Shown: piece after piece, positions 18,816 to 27,742 of the stretch
How the letters are laid out: each line of letters begins with the position of its first letter
Position numbering within the stretch: the first letter of the stretch is position 1
Notes under the pieces: generated by a model
Database searches by the model: none
What the model was told of the DNA's origin: nothing
The model's input: only the letters and a program-made list of their open reading frames with translations
Source: a bacterium
GTDB taxonomy: Bacteria > Desulfobacterota > DSWW01
DNA: 64,000 nucleotides
Assembly: GCA_040756235.1 (NCBI GenBank)
Contig: JBFLZG010000126.1
Location: 64,001-128,000 of the forward strand
Direction: 5' to 3'
Program-made: the position numbers and the translations under genes

Positions 18816-19328
18816 TCAGCGCTTGCGGGTGAGCCAGACTTGCACGGCCGCCCCGGCGATCCAGCTGAGAACAGCCACCGCCTGCGCCGTCTGAACAGGG
18901 TTCTCGGCGGCCCAGGGGACCCTTCCCAGGGTCGCCTGTGAGATGAGGAGAGCGCCTGCCGCCGAGGTCAGGAAGATCAGGATCCAGCGGGACATGAGCA
19001 GCGCGAACAGACCGCCGACAAGAGCCGCCGCCAGAATCAGCCCCCTCTCGAGATCGAGCGTCAGAGCGGCCCCTCCGCCGAGGCAGACACCGAGAAAGAA
19101 CAGGCCGGCCCGCAGGAACAACCAGAGGAGCAGAGCGCCCAGAACGGCTCCTACGGCGGCGCCGACCACGGCCGCCGTGCCGCTGCCTGCCAGGTAGTGG
19201 CTCAGGAAATAACCGGACCCGCCGCCCACGACGAGACCGAAGGCGAGCACGGAGATGCGGAACAGGGGGTAGCCGGCAAAACAGAGAAGGATGCCCAGCA
19301 GAGGCGCATAGGGAGGCGAGTGTACCAT
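18816..19328 (-). CDS. DUF4203-like integral membrane protein
   Basis: LLGILLCFAGYPLFR..GLVVGG; Gly-rich multi-TM; TSAAGALLI. Confidence 0.7.
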   Translation of the reverse strand: MVHSPPYAPLLGILLCFAGYPLFRISVLAFGLVVGGGSGYFLSHYLAGSGTAAVVGAAVGAVLGALLLWLFLRAGLFFLGVCLGGGAALTLDLERGLILAAALVGGLFALLMSRWILIFLTSAAGALLISQATLGRVPWAAENPVQTAQAVAVLSWIAGAAVQVWLTRKR

Positions 19329-19354
19329 GCTCTTTGCACCATGCCCCTTGCGAG

Positions 19355-19436
19355 AGGCTGTCGACAAATGGCCACCTGCGGCGTGCGCTCATGGCCAATG
19401 GAGGCGGGTGGAGTCCAGTGACCCTCGTTCCTCAGG
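19355..19436 (-). mobile_element. degenerate or partial family A repeat
   Basis: AGGCTGTCGACAAATGGCCACCTGCGGCGTGCGCTCAT and CCTCGTTCCTCAGG match the reverse complement of other copies. Confidence 0.55.
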
Positions 19437-19571
19437 TTTCGGCATGGCCACCGTTTTGCAACCCTGGGGCACGTTCCCTAAAATAGATCGATGCCGAAGG
19501 GAACACAAGCACGGCAGGTGAGCCCGGGCTCACGAACGTTGGCCAACCCGTTCTTATTGGAGCATGGGGTC

Positions 19572-21002
19572 ATGGCGGAGGATCTCTTCGGGAGGGAGCT
19601 CGAGCTCAGGCGGCGAGCCGAACGGGCGGGACAGGCACACCTTTTCTCCTGGTGGCAGGATCTCTCGGACCGAGAGCGGGCACGGCTCCTCGAGCAGATC
19701 GACGGCATCGATTTCGGTCTCATCGACCGGCTTGCCGAGAATCTGGTCAGGAAGCGTGCCTCCGGCGGGACCGGGGCTCTGGAGCCGGCGCCGATCATCC
19801 CGCTGCCGGCCGACCAAAAGGGCTTGCAGGAAAGGCTGCGCGCCCGGGACCGAGGCGAAGAAAGCCTTCGCCGGGGCCATGTTGCCGCCCTCGTGGCAGC
19901 CGGCGGCCAGGGCACACGGCTCGGCTTTCCGGGCCCCAAGGGATCGTTTCCGATCGGACCGCTTTCGGGAAAGACGCTGTTCGAGCTCTTCGGCGAGAGG
20001 ATCCTTGCGGCCGGGCGGCGCTACGGTTGCGCGATTCCCTGGTACGTCATGACCAGCCCGGCCACGGACGCCGAAACTCGCGGCTTCTTCCGGGAGCACG
20101 ATTTTTTCGGCCTCTCCCGGGACGACGTGTGTTTCTTCGAGCAGGGCACGCTGCCGGCCGTGGACCGAGACGGCCGGGTCCTCATGGCGGACAAGGCGGA
20201 AATCGCCCTGAGCCCGGACGGGCACGGAGGGACTTTCCGGGCGCTGCGCGAGAGCGGCGCCCTGGCAGACATGGAGCGACGGGGAATCCGGGAGATTTCC
20301 TACTTTCAGGTGGACAACGTTCTGGTCAAGCCCCTCGACCCTGTCTTCATCGGCTTTCATGCCTTGGCAGAGGCCGAGATGAGCTCCAAGGTGGTGCGCA
20401 AGGCGTATCCGGAGGAGAAAGTCGGGGTGCTCGGAATGCGGGACGGCAAGCCGGGCGTGATCGAGTATAGCGACCTGAGCCCGGAGGAAATGCGGGCCAG
20501 GGGACCTGACGGAGAGCTGCTCTACTGGGCGGGCAGCATCGCGGTGCACCTGATCCGAACCGATTTCGTGAGGCGCCTGGGCTCGGCCAAGGTCGAGCTG
20601 CCGTTTCACCGGGCCGACAAGAAGGTGGCGTGCATCGGCGCAGACGGGAACCGGGTCGAACCGGCCGCGCCGAATGCCGTGAAGTTCGAGTCGTTCATCT
20701 TCGATGCCTTGGGTTACGCGGACCGCTCGGTGGCCCTGGAGGTGCACAGGAGCGAGGAGTTCTCGCCCGTCAAGAATGCGCAGGGGGTCGACTCCCCGGG
20801 GACGGCGCAAAAGGACCTGATGGAGCTGTTTGCCCTGTGGCTGAACGATGCCGGCATCCGGGTGCCGCGAACGGAGGACGGCGCCCTGGCCGTTCGGATC
20901 GAGATCAGCCCCTTGTACGCGCTGGACCGCGAAGAGCTGCTGGCCAAGATCCCTCCCCGCCTGGAGATCGCCGGCGACCTGCTGCTCGCCGGCGAGGGGT
21001 GA
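19572..21002 (+). CDS. UDPGP-family (eukaryote UAP1-like) UDP-N-acetylhexosamine/UDP-glucose pyrophosphorylase
   Basis: AAGGQGTRLGFPGPKG, WYVMTS, FFEQG, SPDGHGG, FQVDN, EKVG, IEYSDL and KFESFIFD, FSPVKN. Confidence 0.9.
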   Translation: MAEDLFGRELELRRRAERAGQAHLFSWWQDLSDRERARLLEQIDGIDFGLIDRLAENLVRKRASGGTGALEPAPIIPLPADQKGLQERLRARDRGEESLRRGHVAALVAAGGQGTRLGFPGPKGSFPIGPLSGKTLFELFGERILAAGRRYGCAIPWYVMTSPATDAETRGFFREHDFFGLSRDDVCFFEQGTLPAVDRDGRVLMADKAEIALSPDGHGGTFRALRESGALADMERRGIREISYFQVDNVLVKPLDPVFIGFHALAEAEMSSKVVRKAYPEEKVGVLGMRDGKPGVIEYSDLSPEEMRARGPDGELLYWAGSIAVHLIRTDFVRRLGSAKVELPFHRADKKVACIGADGNRVEPAAPNAVKFESFIFDALGYADRSVALEVHRSEEFSPVKNAQGVDSPGTAQKDLMELFALWLNDAGIRVPRTEDGALAVRIEISPLYALDREELLAKIPPRLEIAGDLLLAGEG

Positions 21003-21010
21003 TCTCTTTT

Positions 21011-21304
21011 CCGTCATTCAGGCGCAGGAGGCTAGGTGATAACCAGTCCGTCATTCCCGCAAACCCCGGATCAAAGTCCGGGACAGGCGCGGGGATCCAA
21101 TAGGACCGTCATTCCCGCGGAAGCGGGAATCCCTCTGTGCCTCGAGGTCCCGGCTCTGTTCCGTCACCCCTGCAAAGGCTGGAATCCAGTCCCCGTGCCC
21201 CTGATTCGTAGGGGCGACCGGCGGTCGCCCCTGAGGGGCGAATAGTTATTCGCCCCTACCGGATCCCGGCTCACACGCGCTCCGCAGGTGGGCCGGGATT
21301 ACGA
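21011..21304. repeat. cluster of REP-like palindromes (CGTC-type and GTAG-type) at a convergent junction
   Basis: Several CCGTCATTCCCGC..GGGAATCC units, GTAGGGGCGACCGGCGGTCGCCC, GGGCGAATAGTTATTCGCCCCTAC, and the 45-bp element at 21260-21304. Confidence 0.85.
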
Positions 21305-21322
21305 GAAAGACGCGGCCTCGGC

Positions 21323-21493
21323 CTAAGGTAGTTTTTCCGCTTCTTCAATCAGCATGATCGGGATGTCGTCCTTGATGGCGTACTTGAGCTTGCAGGCGTC
21401 ACAGATGAGGGCGTCTCCGTTGTCGGTGAGCCGAATGTCGCCCTTGCACTTGGGGCAAGCGAGGATCTCCAGAAGTTCCGGGTCAAGTGCCAT
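21323..21493 (-). CDS. Trm112/YcaR-family small protein (56 aa; absent from the ORF track)
   Basis: MALDPELLEILACPKCKGDIRLTDNGDALICDACKLKYAIKDDIPIMLIEEAEKLP, translated by hand. Confidence 0.9.
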   Translation of the reverse strand: MALDPELLEILACPKCKGDIRLTDNGDALICDACKLKYAIKDDIPIMLIEEAEKLP

Positions 21494-22622
21494 GGTCTTC
21501 TACGCTCCTTTTCTCCGCGGACATCACCGCTGAAGTCTTGAGTCCCTTGCCCAACCTTGAATAGAGGCCGCGGCTGAGGCCATGTTCCTGGGCCACTTGC
21601 TCGAGCCCTTCCCAGACCTGCGCGACCGTGATCGCCCGCATGCAGGCCCTGTCCGGGCAGGTCCTGCGGAAGCAAGGGGCGCATGGGCTCGGGCTTGCGA
21701 GCACCCTCGCTCCCTTGCCGGGCGGACCGTTTCGCACCGGATCCGAGGGGCCGTACAATCCCAGGACCGGCAGGCCCAGAGCCGAGGCCAGATGCAGGGG
21801 GCCGCTGTCGCCGCCCAGGAACATGTCGCACCTTCCGAGAAAGGCCGCGAGACCCTTGATATCCAGATCCGGCAAGATCCGCACCGACGCCCGCGCGAGC
21901 TCCTTCACTTGTTCCGCGAGCCCTCTCTCGCCCGGGCCCCAGAGAATCCAGACGTCCGCGTCCCAGTGGCGCTCCAGCCGCTCCGCGATTTCAGCGTAGC
22001 GTTCGAGGCTCCACTGTTTGGTCGCCCACCCGGCCGCCGGATGGAGGGCCGCCCGGAGGCGCCTGTGCCTGGCGGCGCCGGCTTCCTCCAGGAGCGGAAG
22101 GATCGGATCCAGCCAGTCGGCAGGTATCCGGAGCGGGAAGTCGCGCTCCCGAGTCCGGATGCCTAAAGGATGGAGGAGCGACAGATTCCTGTCAACGACA
22201 TGGCTGCGCGCAACGAAGCCTCGTGGCCGGAGGTTGGAGAAGGCGACGTTCAGTCCCTCCCGGACAAGGTCGAGCGGAAATCCAATGCGGACCGGGGCCC
22301 GAGTCCAGAAGCTGAGAAGGCCGCTTCGGACGAGCCCCTGGAGATCGATTACAACGTCGAAGGCTCCTCTTCGGAGGAGCCGGAGGATCCCGGCCCAGGA
22401 GGCTGTCGGATTCCTGCCGGCATGCGAACGCGGCCCGAGTCGGAAACGAGCTGCAATGACTTCGTCCACGCACGGGCTGGCTTCGAGCAGGTGCCGGTAC
22501 TTCTCATCGACCAGCCAGCTCAGGCGAGCCCACGGGTATCGCTTCTTGATGGCCGCAGCCACGGGCAACCCGTGCAGGACGTCGCCGAAGGCGCTCGTGC
22601 GGACGATCAGGGCCCGTTTCAT
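21483..22622 (-). CDS. waaC: ADP-heptose:LPS heptosyltransferase I (GT9)
   Basis: ALIVRTSAFGDVLHGLP, VIDLQGLVRSG, HVVDRNL and GGDSGPLHLASA. Confidence 0.85.
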   Translation of the reverse strand: MKRALIVRTSAFGDVLHGLPVAAAIKKRYPWARLSWLVDEKYRHLLEASPCVDEVIAARFRLGPRSHAGRNPTASWAGILRLLRRGAFDVVIDLQGLVRSGLLSFWTRAPVRIGFPLDLVREGLNVAFSNLRPRGFVARSHVVDRNLSLLHPLGIRTRERDFPLRIPADWLDPILPLLEEAGAARHRRLRAALHPAAGWATKQWSLERYAEIAERLERHWDADVWILWGPGERGLAEQVKELARASVRILPDLDIKGLAAFLGRCDMFLGGDSGPLHLASALGLPVLGLYGPSDPVRNGPPGKGARVLASPSPCAPCFRRTCPDRACMRAITVAQVWEGLEQVAQEHGLSRGLYSRLGKGLKTSAVMSAEKRSVEDHGT

Positions 22623-23620
22623 GAGACGCCGGCTCCTTCGATCGCATGCACTCGAGAGTCGGACCGGATCGCTGTTTGGACGTCCTCCAGCTCCGCGGTG
22701 ACGACGTAGTCGACAGAGGGAAGCCGGCTCAAGACTTCGATCCTTTGCTCCATCGGGAGCCGTGCACGGGAGGGGTCGCACGGTGATCCGGGCGTCCGGC
22801 GATCGTCCGTGATCGCGGCCACGAGGACCTCGCCAGGTTCCCTGGTGAGCCTCGTGGAGACCTCTTGTAAATTATCATATATTGCAGTATAAGCACACTT
22901 AACAACGATGTTTTCTCCCCTCGATCGATGGATCGAGGCGCGTTCGGCCAGGAGACGCAGGGAGACCCATTTGCTCGACCAGCCGCGTTGCTCGTACAGG
23001 CCGCTCGTCCGACCGAGGATCTCGCCTTCGTGCCAGAGGATCCAGTCCGCAGCCTCGGAAAGGTCCCGGGCGACCCGGTCCGGGGACCCGGGGCCTGCTC
23101 CCCGCAGGCAGGCGCTCCATTCGTCCCGGCCGAAACCGGTCAGGACGAGGATCCCGGTGAGGCCGGCCCTGCGGGCCGCCTCCATGTCGGTCCTCTTGTC
23201 TCCCACCAGGTAGGAGCCGGCCATCGAGAGGCCAAGCTCCTGGACGGCCGTTTCCAGGAGCCCGGTCCCGGGCTTCCTGCAGGAGCACTCCATCCGATAG
23301 GGCTCGAGCTCCCCTCGGGGGTGGTGCGGACAGTAGTAGAATCCATCCGCCGACGCCCCTGCCAGCCCCAGCAGGCGTGCGATCTCCTGATGGACCGCCA
23401 GCACGTCCCGTTCCGTATAGAATCCCCTGGCTACGCCGCTCTGATTGGTCACGACGACGACCCGAAAGCCGGACCGCTTCAGGGCGGAGGCGGCTCGAGC
23501 GGCGCCGTGCTCCAGCTCGACCTGTTTCGGATCCTTGAGATAGCCTTTCTCCCGGATGAGTGTTCCGTCGCGGTCCAGGAATACGGCCCTCGGCCGCCTC
23601 GCGGCCTCCAGTGCCGTCAC
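22619..23620 (-). CDS. gmhB: D,D-heptose 1,7-bisphosphate phosphatase fused to a degenerate RfaE-II-like nucleotidyltransferase domain
   Basis: AVFLDRDGTL, VVTNQSGVARG, YYCPHHP..CSCRKP and VGDK..D; C-terminal GEVLVAAITDD..RLPMEQRIEVLSRLPSVDYVV; GTG start overlaps the lpxL stop. Confidence 0.85.
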   Translation of the reverse strand: MTALEAARRPRAVFLDRDGTLIREKGYLKDPKQVELEHGAARAASALKRSGFRVVVVTNQSGVARGFYTERDVLAVHQEIARLLGLAGASADGFYYCPHHPRGELEPYRMECSCRKPGTGLLETAVQELGLSMAGSYLVGDKRTDMEAARRAGLTGILVLTGFGRDEWSACLRGAGPGSPDRVARDLSEAADWILWHEGEILGRTSGLYEQRGWSSKWVSLRLLAERASIHRSRGENIVVKCAYTAIYDNLQEVSTRLTREPGEVLVAAITDDRRTPGSPCDPSRARLPMEQRIEVLSRLPSVDYVVTAELEDVQTAIRSDSRVHAIEGAGVS

Positions 23621-24612
23621 GGTCGTGCTCCGAGGCCGGGCCTGATCGGCCCCGGCTGCGGTTGCTTGCTTTTTTTCTTCTTCTTCCTCGACGCCGCCCC
23701 GCTGTAGGAAACCGTGGGGGATCCCTTCCATCTCCTGTGCATCCAGAACCACTGATCCGGGTGCTCCCGCACCACCCGCTCGAGAACCTTCTGCAAACGT
23801 TGCGTGTTCTCGAGAATGTCCAGGTCGTTCCGGCCGGTCCTCACGACCGGCACCTCCGGCTCGATATGGAGCTGATGGCCCACGCCCGACGGATCGCGCA
23901 GCATGTACACGGGCAGGACCGGTGCCCCGGATCGGCACGCCAGCAGAGCAAGAGCGGCCGACGAGCCGGCCTGATGGCCGAAGAAGTCCACGAATACCCC
24001 TTCATTGCCGGTCACCCGCTGGTCCATGAGGAGGCCCACCCCGTAGCCCTGCCGGAGAGACCGGAGAATCTGCCGCAGGGCCCCCCTCTTCGGGATGATG
24101 CGGTTGCCGGAACGATGCCGGATGCGGTTGAGCCACTGATCGAAATACGGGTTGTCCAGGGCCCTGGCCACAAACGCCAGCCGGTAGCCGGCAATGCCGG
24201 TGCACAGAGCCATGAGCTCCCAGTTGCCGAAATGGCCGGTCAGGATCAGCACGCCCTTGTTTCGCGTCAGCGCCCGCTCGTAATGCTCCCGGCCGGTCAC
24301 GCTGCCGACCCGGGCAACGAGCTGATCGAAAGGAAGTCTGCCCAGGCCCGGGATCTCGAGGAACGTGGTCGCCACGTTCTGGAAACAGCGGCGCGCGACC
24401 GCTCTCCTCTGTTCGAGCGGCCACTGCGGAAAGGCGATCGCAAGGTTCTCCAGGCAGATCTGGCGGTGCCTGCGGTCGAGGTGGTAGGCCGCGGCTCCGA
24501 TCCACCTTCCGATGCGGCAGAGCCGGGGGGAGGGGCAGACAGACAGGAGCCACAGGAACGGCAAAGAGACGGCGAAAAGGAGCGCATCGAGCCGGCGGCG
24601 CATGGAGCTCAT
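23617..24612 (-). CDS. lpxL: lipid A biosynthesis late acyltransferase (LpxL/HtrB family)
   Basis: LTGHFGNWEL, LDNPYFD, LMDQ, VDFFG and PDQWFWMHRRWK. Confidence 0.9.
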   Translation of the reverse strand: MSSMRRRLDALLFAVSLPFLWLLSVCPSPRLCRIGRWIGAAAYHLDRRHRQICLENLAIAFPQWPLEQRRAVARRCFQNVATTFLEIPGLGRLPFDQLVARVGSVTGREHYERALTRNKGVLILTGHFGNWELMALCTGIAGYRLAFVARALDNPYFDQWLNRIRHRSGNRIIPKRGALRQILRSLRQGYGVGLLMDQRVTGNEGVFVDFFGHQAGSSAALALLACRSGAPVLPVYMLRDPSGVGHQLHIEPEVPVVRTGRNDLDILENTQRLQKVLERVVREHPDQWFWMHRRWKGSPTVSYSGAASRKKKKKSKQPQPGPIRPGLGARP

Positions 24613-25757
24613 CGGAGCCGCCCCTGCCGGTCTTCGCCCGCAAGGCCGACGCCAGCCAGGAGGTGGGCCCAGAACCGCTCTTCGTCCGGGAGCGCCACTT
24701 CCACCCTCAGGAACAGAAGGCGGCCGGCGGGCCAGGGAAAACGCTCGATCTTGACGGCATCCTTCTCGGTGGTGACGGCTGCCGCAGACCCGGTGCGGGA
24801 GACCAGATCGAGCAACTCCTCTAAGTCCCGCAGCGAGTAGCGATGGTGGTCGGGGAAGGCTCTGCGCGCGGCCGGACGGAGCCCCGCTTGTTCCAGCATG
24901 CCCCAGAAGGACGCCGGCCGTGCAATGCCGCAGAAAGCGATGATCGGCTGACCGGCGAGCCGAGCGGCCTCGACGGGCCTCCGGTCAGCCACGGCGAACA
25001 GACCGGCCGGACGGAGGCGGGCTCGAAACAGCGGGGCCCTGGTGGCCGGCTCCGGGCGGCCCCCTGCGGTGAGCTCGGCGGGTGCCTGCGTGCCGGCCGC
25101 CTCCAGCAGGATGAGGGCATCGGCCGCGGCCAGGGCGCTGGCCGGCTCCCGCAGCGGGCCCGCCGGCAGGCAGCAAGCCCCGGGGACGAGCTCTTCACCG
25201 GTGAGCATTACCAGGTCGCAGTCCCTGGCAAGGCGGAGGTGTTGGAAGCCGTCATCCAGCAGGAGCAGGTCCAGAGGGAACCGTCTCCGCACCGATTCGG
25301 CTCCCCGGAACCGGTCCGAGTCCACGACGATCGGAGTCCTCGGGAGGGAGCGCGCCATGAGGTAGGGCTCGTCTCCGCAATCGAGAGGATTCCATTGATC
25401 CGCATCCCCCGGACAGAGGATGTGCGTTCCTCCGCGAGTTCTCCGCCCGTATCCACGCGTGAGCACCGCTGCCCGCAGCCCTCTGGTCTCGAGCCCCCTG
25501 GCCAGCCAGATGGCAAAGGGCGTCTTGGCCACGCCGCCCACGCGCAGCCCTCCGATGCTCACCACTTTGGCGGGAGCCCGCCGGGAATGCAGAATCCCTG
25601 CCCGGAAGAGCCTGCGCCGGAGGGTCTGGAGAGCGCCGTACGCGATCGACAGCGGTTTGAAAAGTGCAGAGACCAGCCTTTCGGCCAGCCCTCGCTCGCC
25701 GCGAGGCCGCGTCCAGAGCTCCTGCAGGAAGCGGACGAGATGTGCTTCAGGTGCCAA
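24609..25757 (-). CDS. lpxK: tetraacyldisaccharide 4'-kinase
   Basis: VVSIGGLRVGGVAKTP, LTRGYG, GDEP, LDDGFQH and FPDHHRY, TTEKDAVK. Confidence 0.92.
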   Translation of the reverse strand: MAPEAHLVRFLQELWTRPRGERGLAERLVSALFKPLSIAYGALQTLRRRLFRAGILHSRRAPAKVVSIGGLRVGGVAKTPFAIWLARGLETRGLRAAVLTRGYGRRTRGGTHILCPGDADQWNPLDCGDEPYLMARSLPRTPIVVDSDRFRGAESVRRRFPLDLLLLDDGFQHLRLARDCDLVMLTGEELVPGACCLPAGPLREPASALAAADALILLEAAGTQAPAELTAGGRPEPATRAPLFRARLRPAGLFAVADRRPVEAARLAGQPIIAFCGIARPASFWGMLEQAGLRPAARRAFPDHHRYSLRDLEELLDLVSRTGSAAAVTTEKDAVKIERFPWPAGRLLFLRVEVALPDEERFWAHLLAGVGLAGEDRQGRLR

Positions 25758-27738
25758 AGAAGCTCCCGACGAGTGAGAGGTTTCGTTCCGTGGCCCCGCG
25801 GTTCTCCTCCAGAATTCCGTAAGCCGCGTCCGCGATGGTCCGTCTCCGATCCGGGTCCCTCAGCAGCCTGGCTGCTTCCAGGTACAGGGGCTCCTCGCCG
25901 GACACCTGGATCCCGCCGCCCCGTTCCAGCAGGGCCCGGGCGACATCCGGGGTGTTCTCCATGTGGGGGCCGAACAGGACCGGTCTCCGATGAACGATCG
26001 GCTCGAGCAGGTTGTGTCCGCCCACCGGGGTCAGGCTGCCGCCGACGAAAACGATGTCGCCGATTGCATAAGCCTGCGCGAGCTCTCCCATCGTGTCCAG
26101 AAGGAGCACGTCGATCTCCCGGATCCCGGTCTTTCCACCCGTCCTCCTGAGGACGCGCAGCCCGCTCCTCCTGACGAGCTGTTCCACGTCGGCGCACCGC
26201 TCCGGGTGCCTGGGCGCGAGCAGCAGCTTGAGCGTCGGAAAGGAGCCGCGCAGCTTGTCGAAGACCTTCAGGATGGTCTCCTCCTCTCCTGGGTGGGTGC
26301 TGCCGGCCACCCAGACCGGGGCGGATGGCGGAAAACCGAAATCCTGCGGGGCGGGCGGCGCGGGCGTGCAGGCCCCTCGATGCAGGCACACGTCGAACTT
26401 CATGTTGCCGGTGACGAAGACGCGCCGCGGGTCGGCTCCGATGCGGATGATGCGCAGGCAATCCTGCTTGCTCTGCATGCCGAAGGCGGAGACAGATTCC
26501 AGGACCTGGCGGAAGAAGAACCGGAACCACCCGTATTGGCGGCAAGACCTCGCCGAGATCCGACCGTTCACAATGACCGAGGGAATCCCGTGCCTTCCCA
26601 GCATGAACAGGAAGTTCGGCCAGATCTCCGTCTCCGTGTGGACGAACAGCTTGGGCTGCACGTGCTTGAGCACGAGCCGGGTGGAAAAAGGATAATCGAA
26701 GGGGAAGTAGATCACGCGCCCGGCCGCTGCAAAGTGCTCCCGCGCCACCGTCTGGCCCGTGGGCGTGATGGTCGAGACCACGATCGGTCTCTGGGGGTAG
26801 GCCTGCTTCAACCTCCGGATGAACGGGACGGTCGCCAGCACCTCGCCGACCGAGACCGCGTGGACCCAGACCGGCTGCTCCTCAGGGCTCTTGCCCATCG
26901 AACCGGGCACGGACAGGCCGAGCCGCTGGAGAAAGCCCGAACGGTACTTGGGGACGGAAAGAAGCTTCCAGGCGAAGAAGGGCAGCGCCGGAAGCGTGAG
27001 CAGGTAGAGGGCCAGGCTGTAGACCAGACAAAGACGTTCCGCGAAGGCCGTCTTCCGCAAGTAGGCCCCGGTCTGACGGGCGAGCTCGTTGAGCGCGGAC
27101 TCGAGCCGCAGGGCCTGCGCTGCGGGACCTGTGTCGGTCTCGGATGGCCTCACGGTCAGAGGATCCCCGAACGTGACGGCGGCCCTGGCGAAGGGCAAGG
27201 GAATGCACAGGCGGTCCCAGGTTCTCAGGCGGATGCCGCGGCTTGCGGTCCAGGAGACCGGCAGGATCGGAACGCCACCGAGCATGCCGAGCGCCGTGGC
27301 GTCGGGTCGAGCCTTGCAGCGCGGTCCGACGGGGCCGTCCGGCATCAGGGCCAGGCTGCGCCCCTGGTCGAGAGCTCGAATCATGTCGCGCAGCGACCTG
27401 CCGTCGTCCCTGCGCGTCGATCCCGGAATCACGCGGATCCCGAACGGTTTCACGGTGCACGCGATGAGCTTGCCGTCCCGACGGCGGCCGATGAAGACCG
27501 AGATTTCGGATCCTCTTGGGAACACCTTTTGGAAGGCGCCGGGGATGAGGAGTGCATGGCCGTGCCAGAAGGCAACGAGCAGAGGCTTGCCGGAACGGAT
27601 GGCGCGCTGCGCCTGTTCCGAGACCTGGATCCGCCAGCGCAGCGTCCTGTAGAGCACGCGCGCCACGGCCGTCAGAATCGGGGAAATCATCCCGAGGATC
27701 CAGCGGTGCCGGGGCTCTCTGAGCTCGCGTTGTTTCAT
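25747..27738 (-). CDS. waaA: DUF374-like acyltransferase domain fused to Kdo transferase
   Basis: N-terminal AFWHG..PDGPVGP..TWDRLCIPLPF, then WVHAVSVGE, ETEIWPN, NGRIS, AGSTHPGEE and GGHNLLEP. Confidence 0.9.
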   Translation of the reverse strand: MKQRELREPRHRWILGMISPILTAVARVLYRTLRWRIQVSEQAQRAIRSGKPLLVAFWHGHALLIPGAFQKVFPRGSEISVFIGRRRDGKLIACTVKPFGIRVIPGSTRRDDGRSLRDMIRALDQGRSLALMPDGPVGPRCKARPDATALGMLGGVPILPVSWTASRGIRLRTWDRLCIPLPFARAAVTFGDPLTVRPSETDTGPAAQALRLESALNELARQTGAYLRKTAFAERLCLVYSLALYLLTLPALPFFAWKLLSVPKYRSGFLQRLGLSVPGSMGKSPEEQPVWVHAVSVGEVLATVPFIRRLKQAYPQRPIVVSTITPTGQTVAREHFAAAGRVIYFPFDYPFSTRLVLKHVQPKLFVHTETEIWPNFLFMLGRHGIPSVIVNGRISARSCRQYGWFRFFFRQVLESVSAFGMQSKQDCLRIIRIGADPRRVFVTGNMKFDVCLHRGACTPAPPAPQDFGFPPSAPVWVAGSTHPGEEETILKVFDKLRGSFPTLKLLLAPRHPERCADVEQLVRRSGLRVLRRTGGKTGIREIDVLLLDTMGELAQAYAIGDIVFVGGSLTPVGGHNLLEPIVHRRPVLFGPHMENTPDVARALLERGGGIQVSGEEPLYLEAARLLRDPDRRRTIADAAYGILEENRGATERNLSLVGSFFGT

Positions 27739-27742
27739 CTCG

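Noticed and set aside
21011..21304. Repeat clusters (also 3457-3648 and 51209-51532) as CRISPR arrays
   Set aside because: Units are palindromic, variable in sequence and orientation, irregularly spaced, and no cas genes are present.
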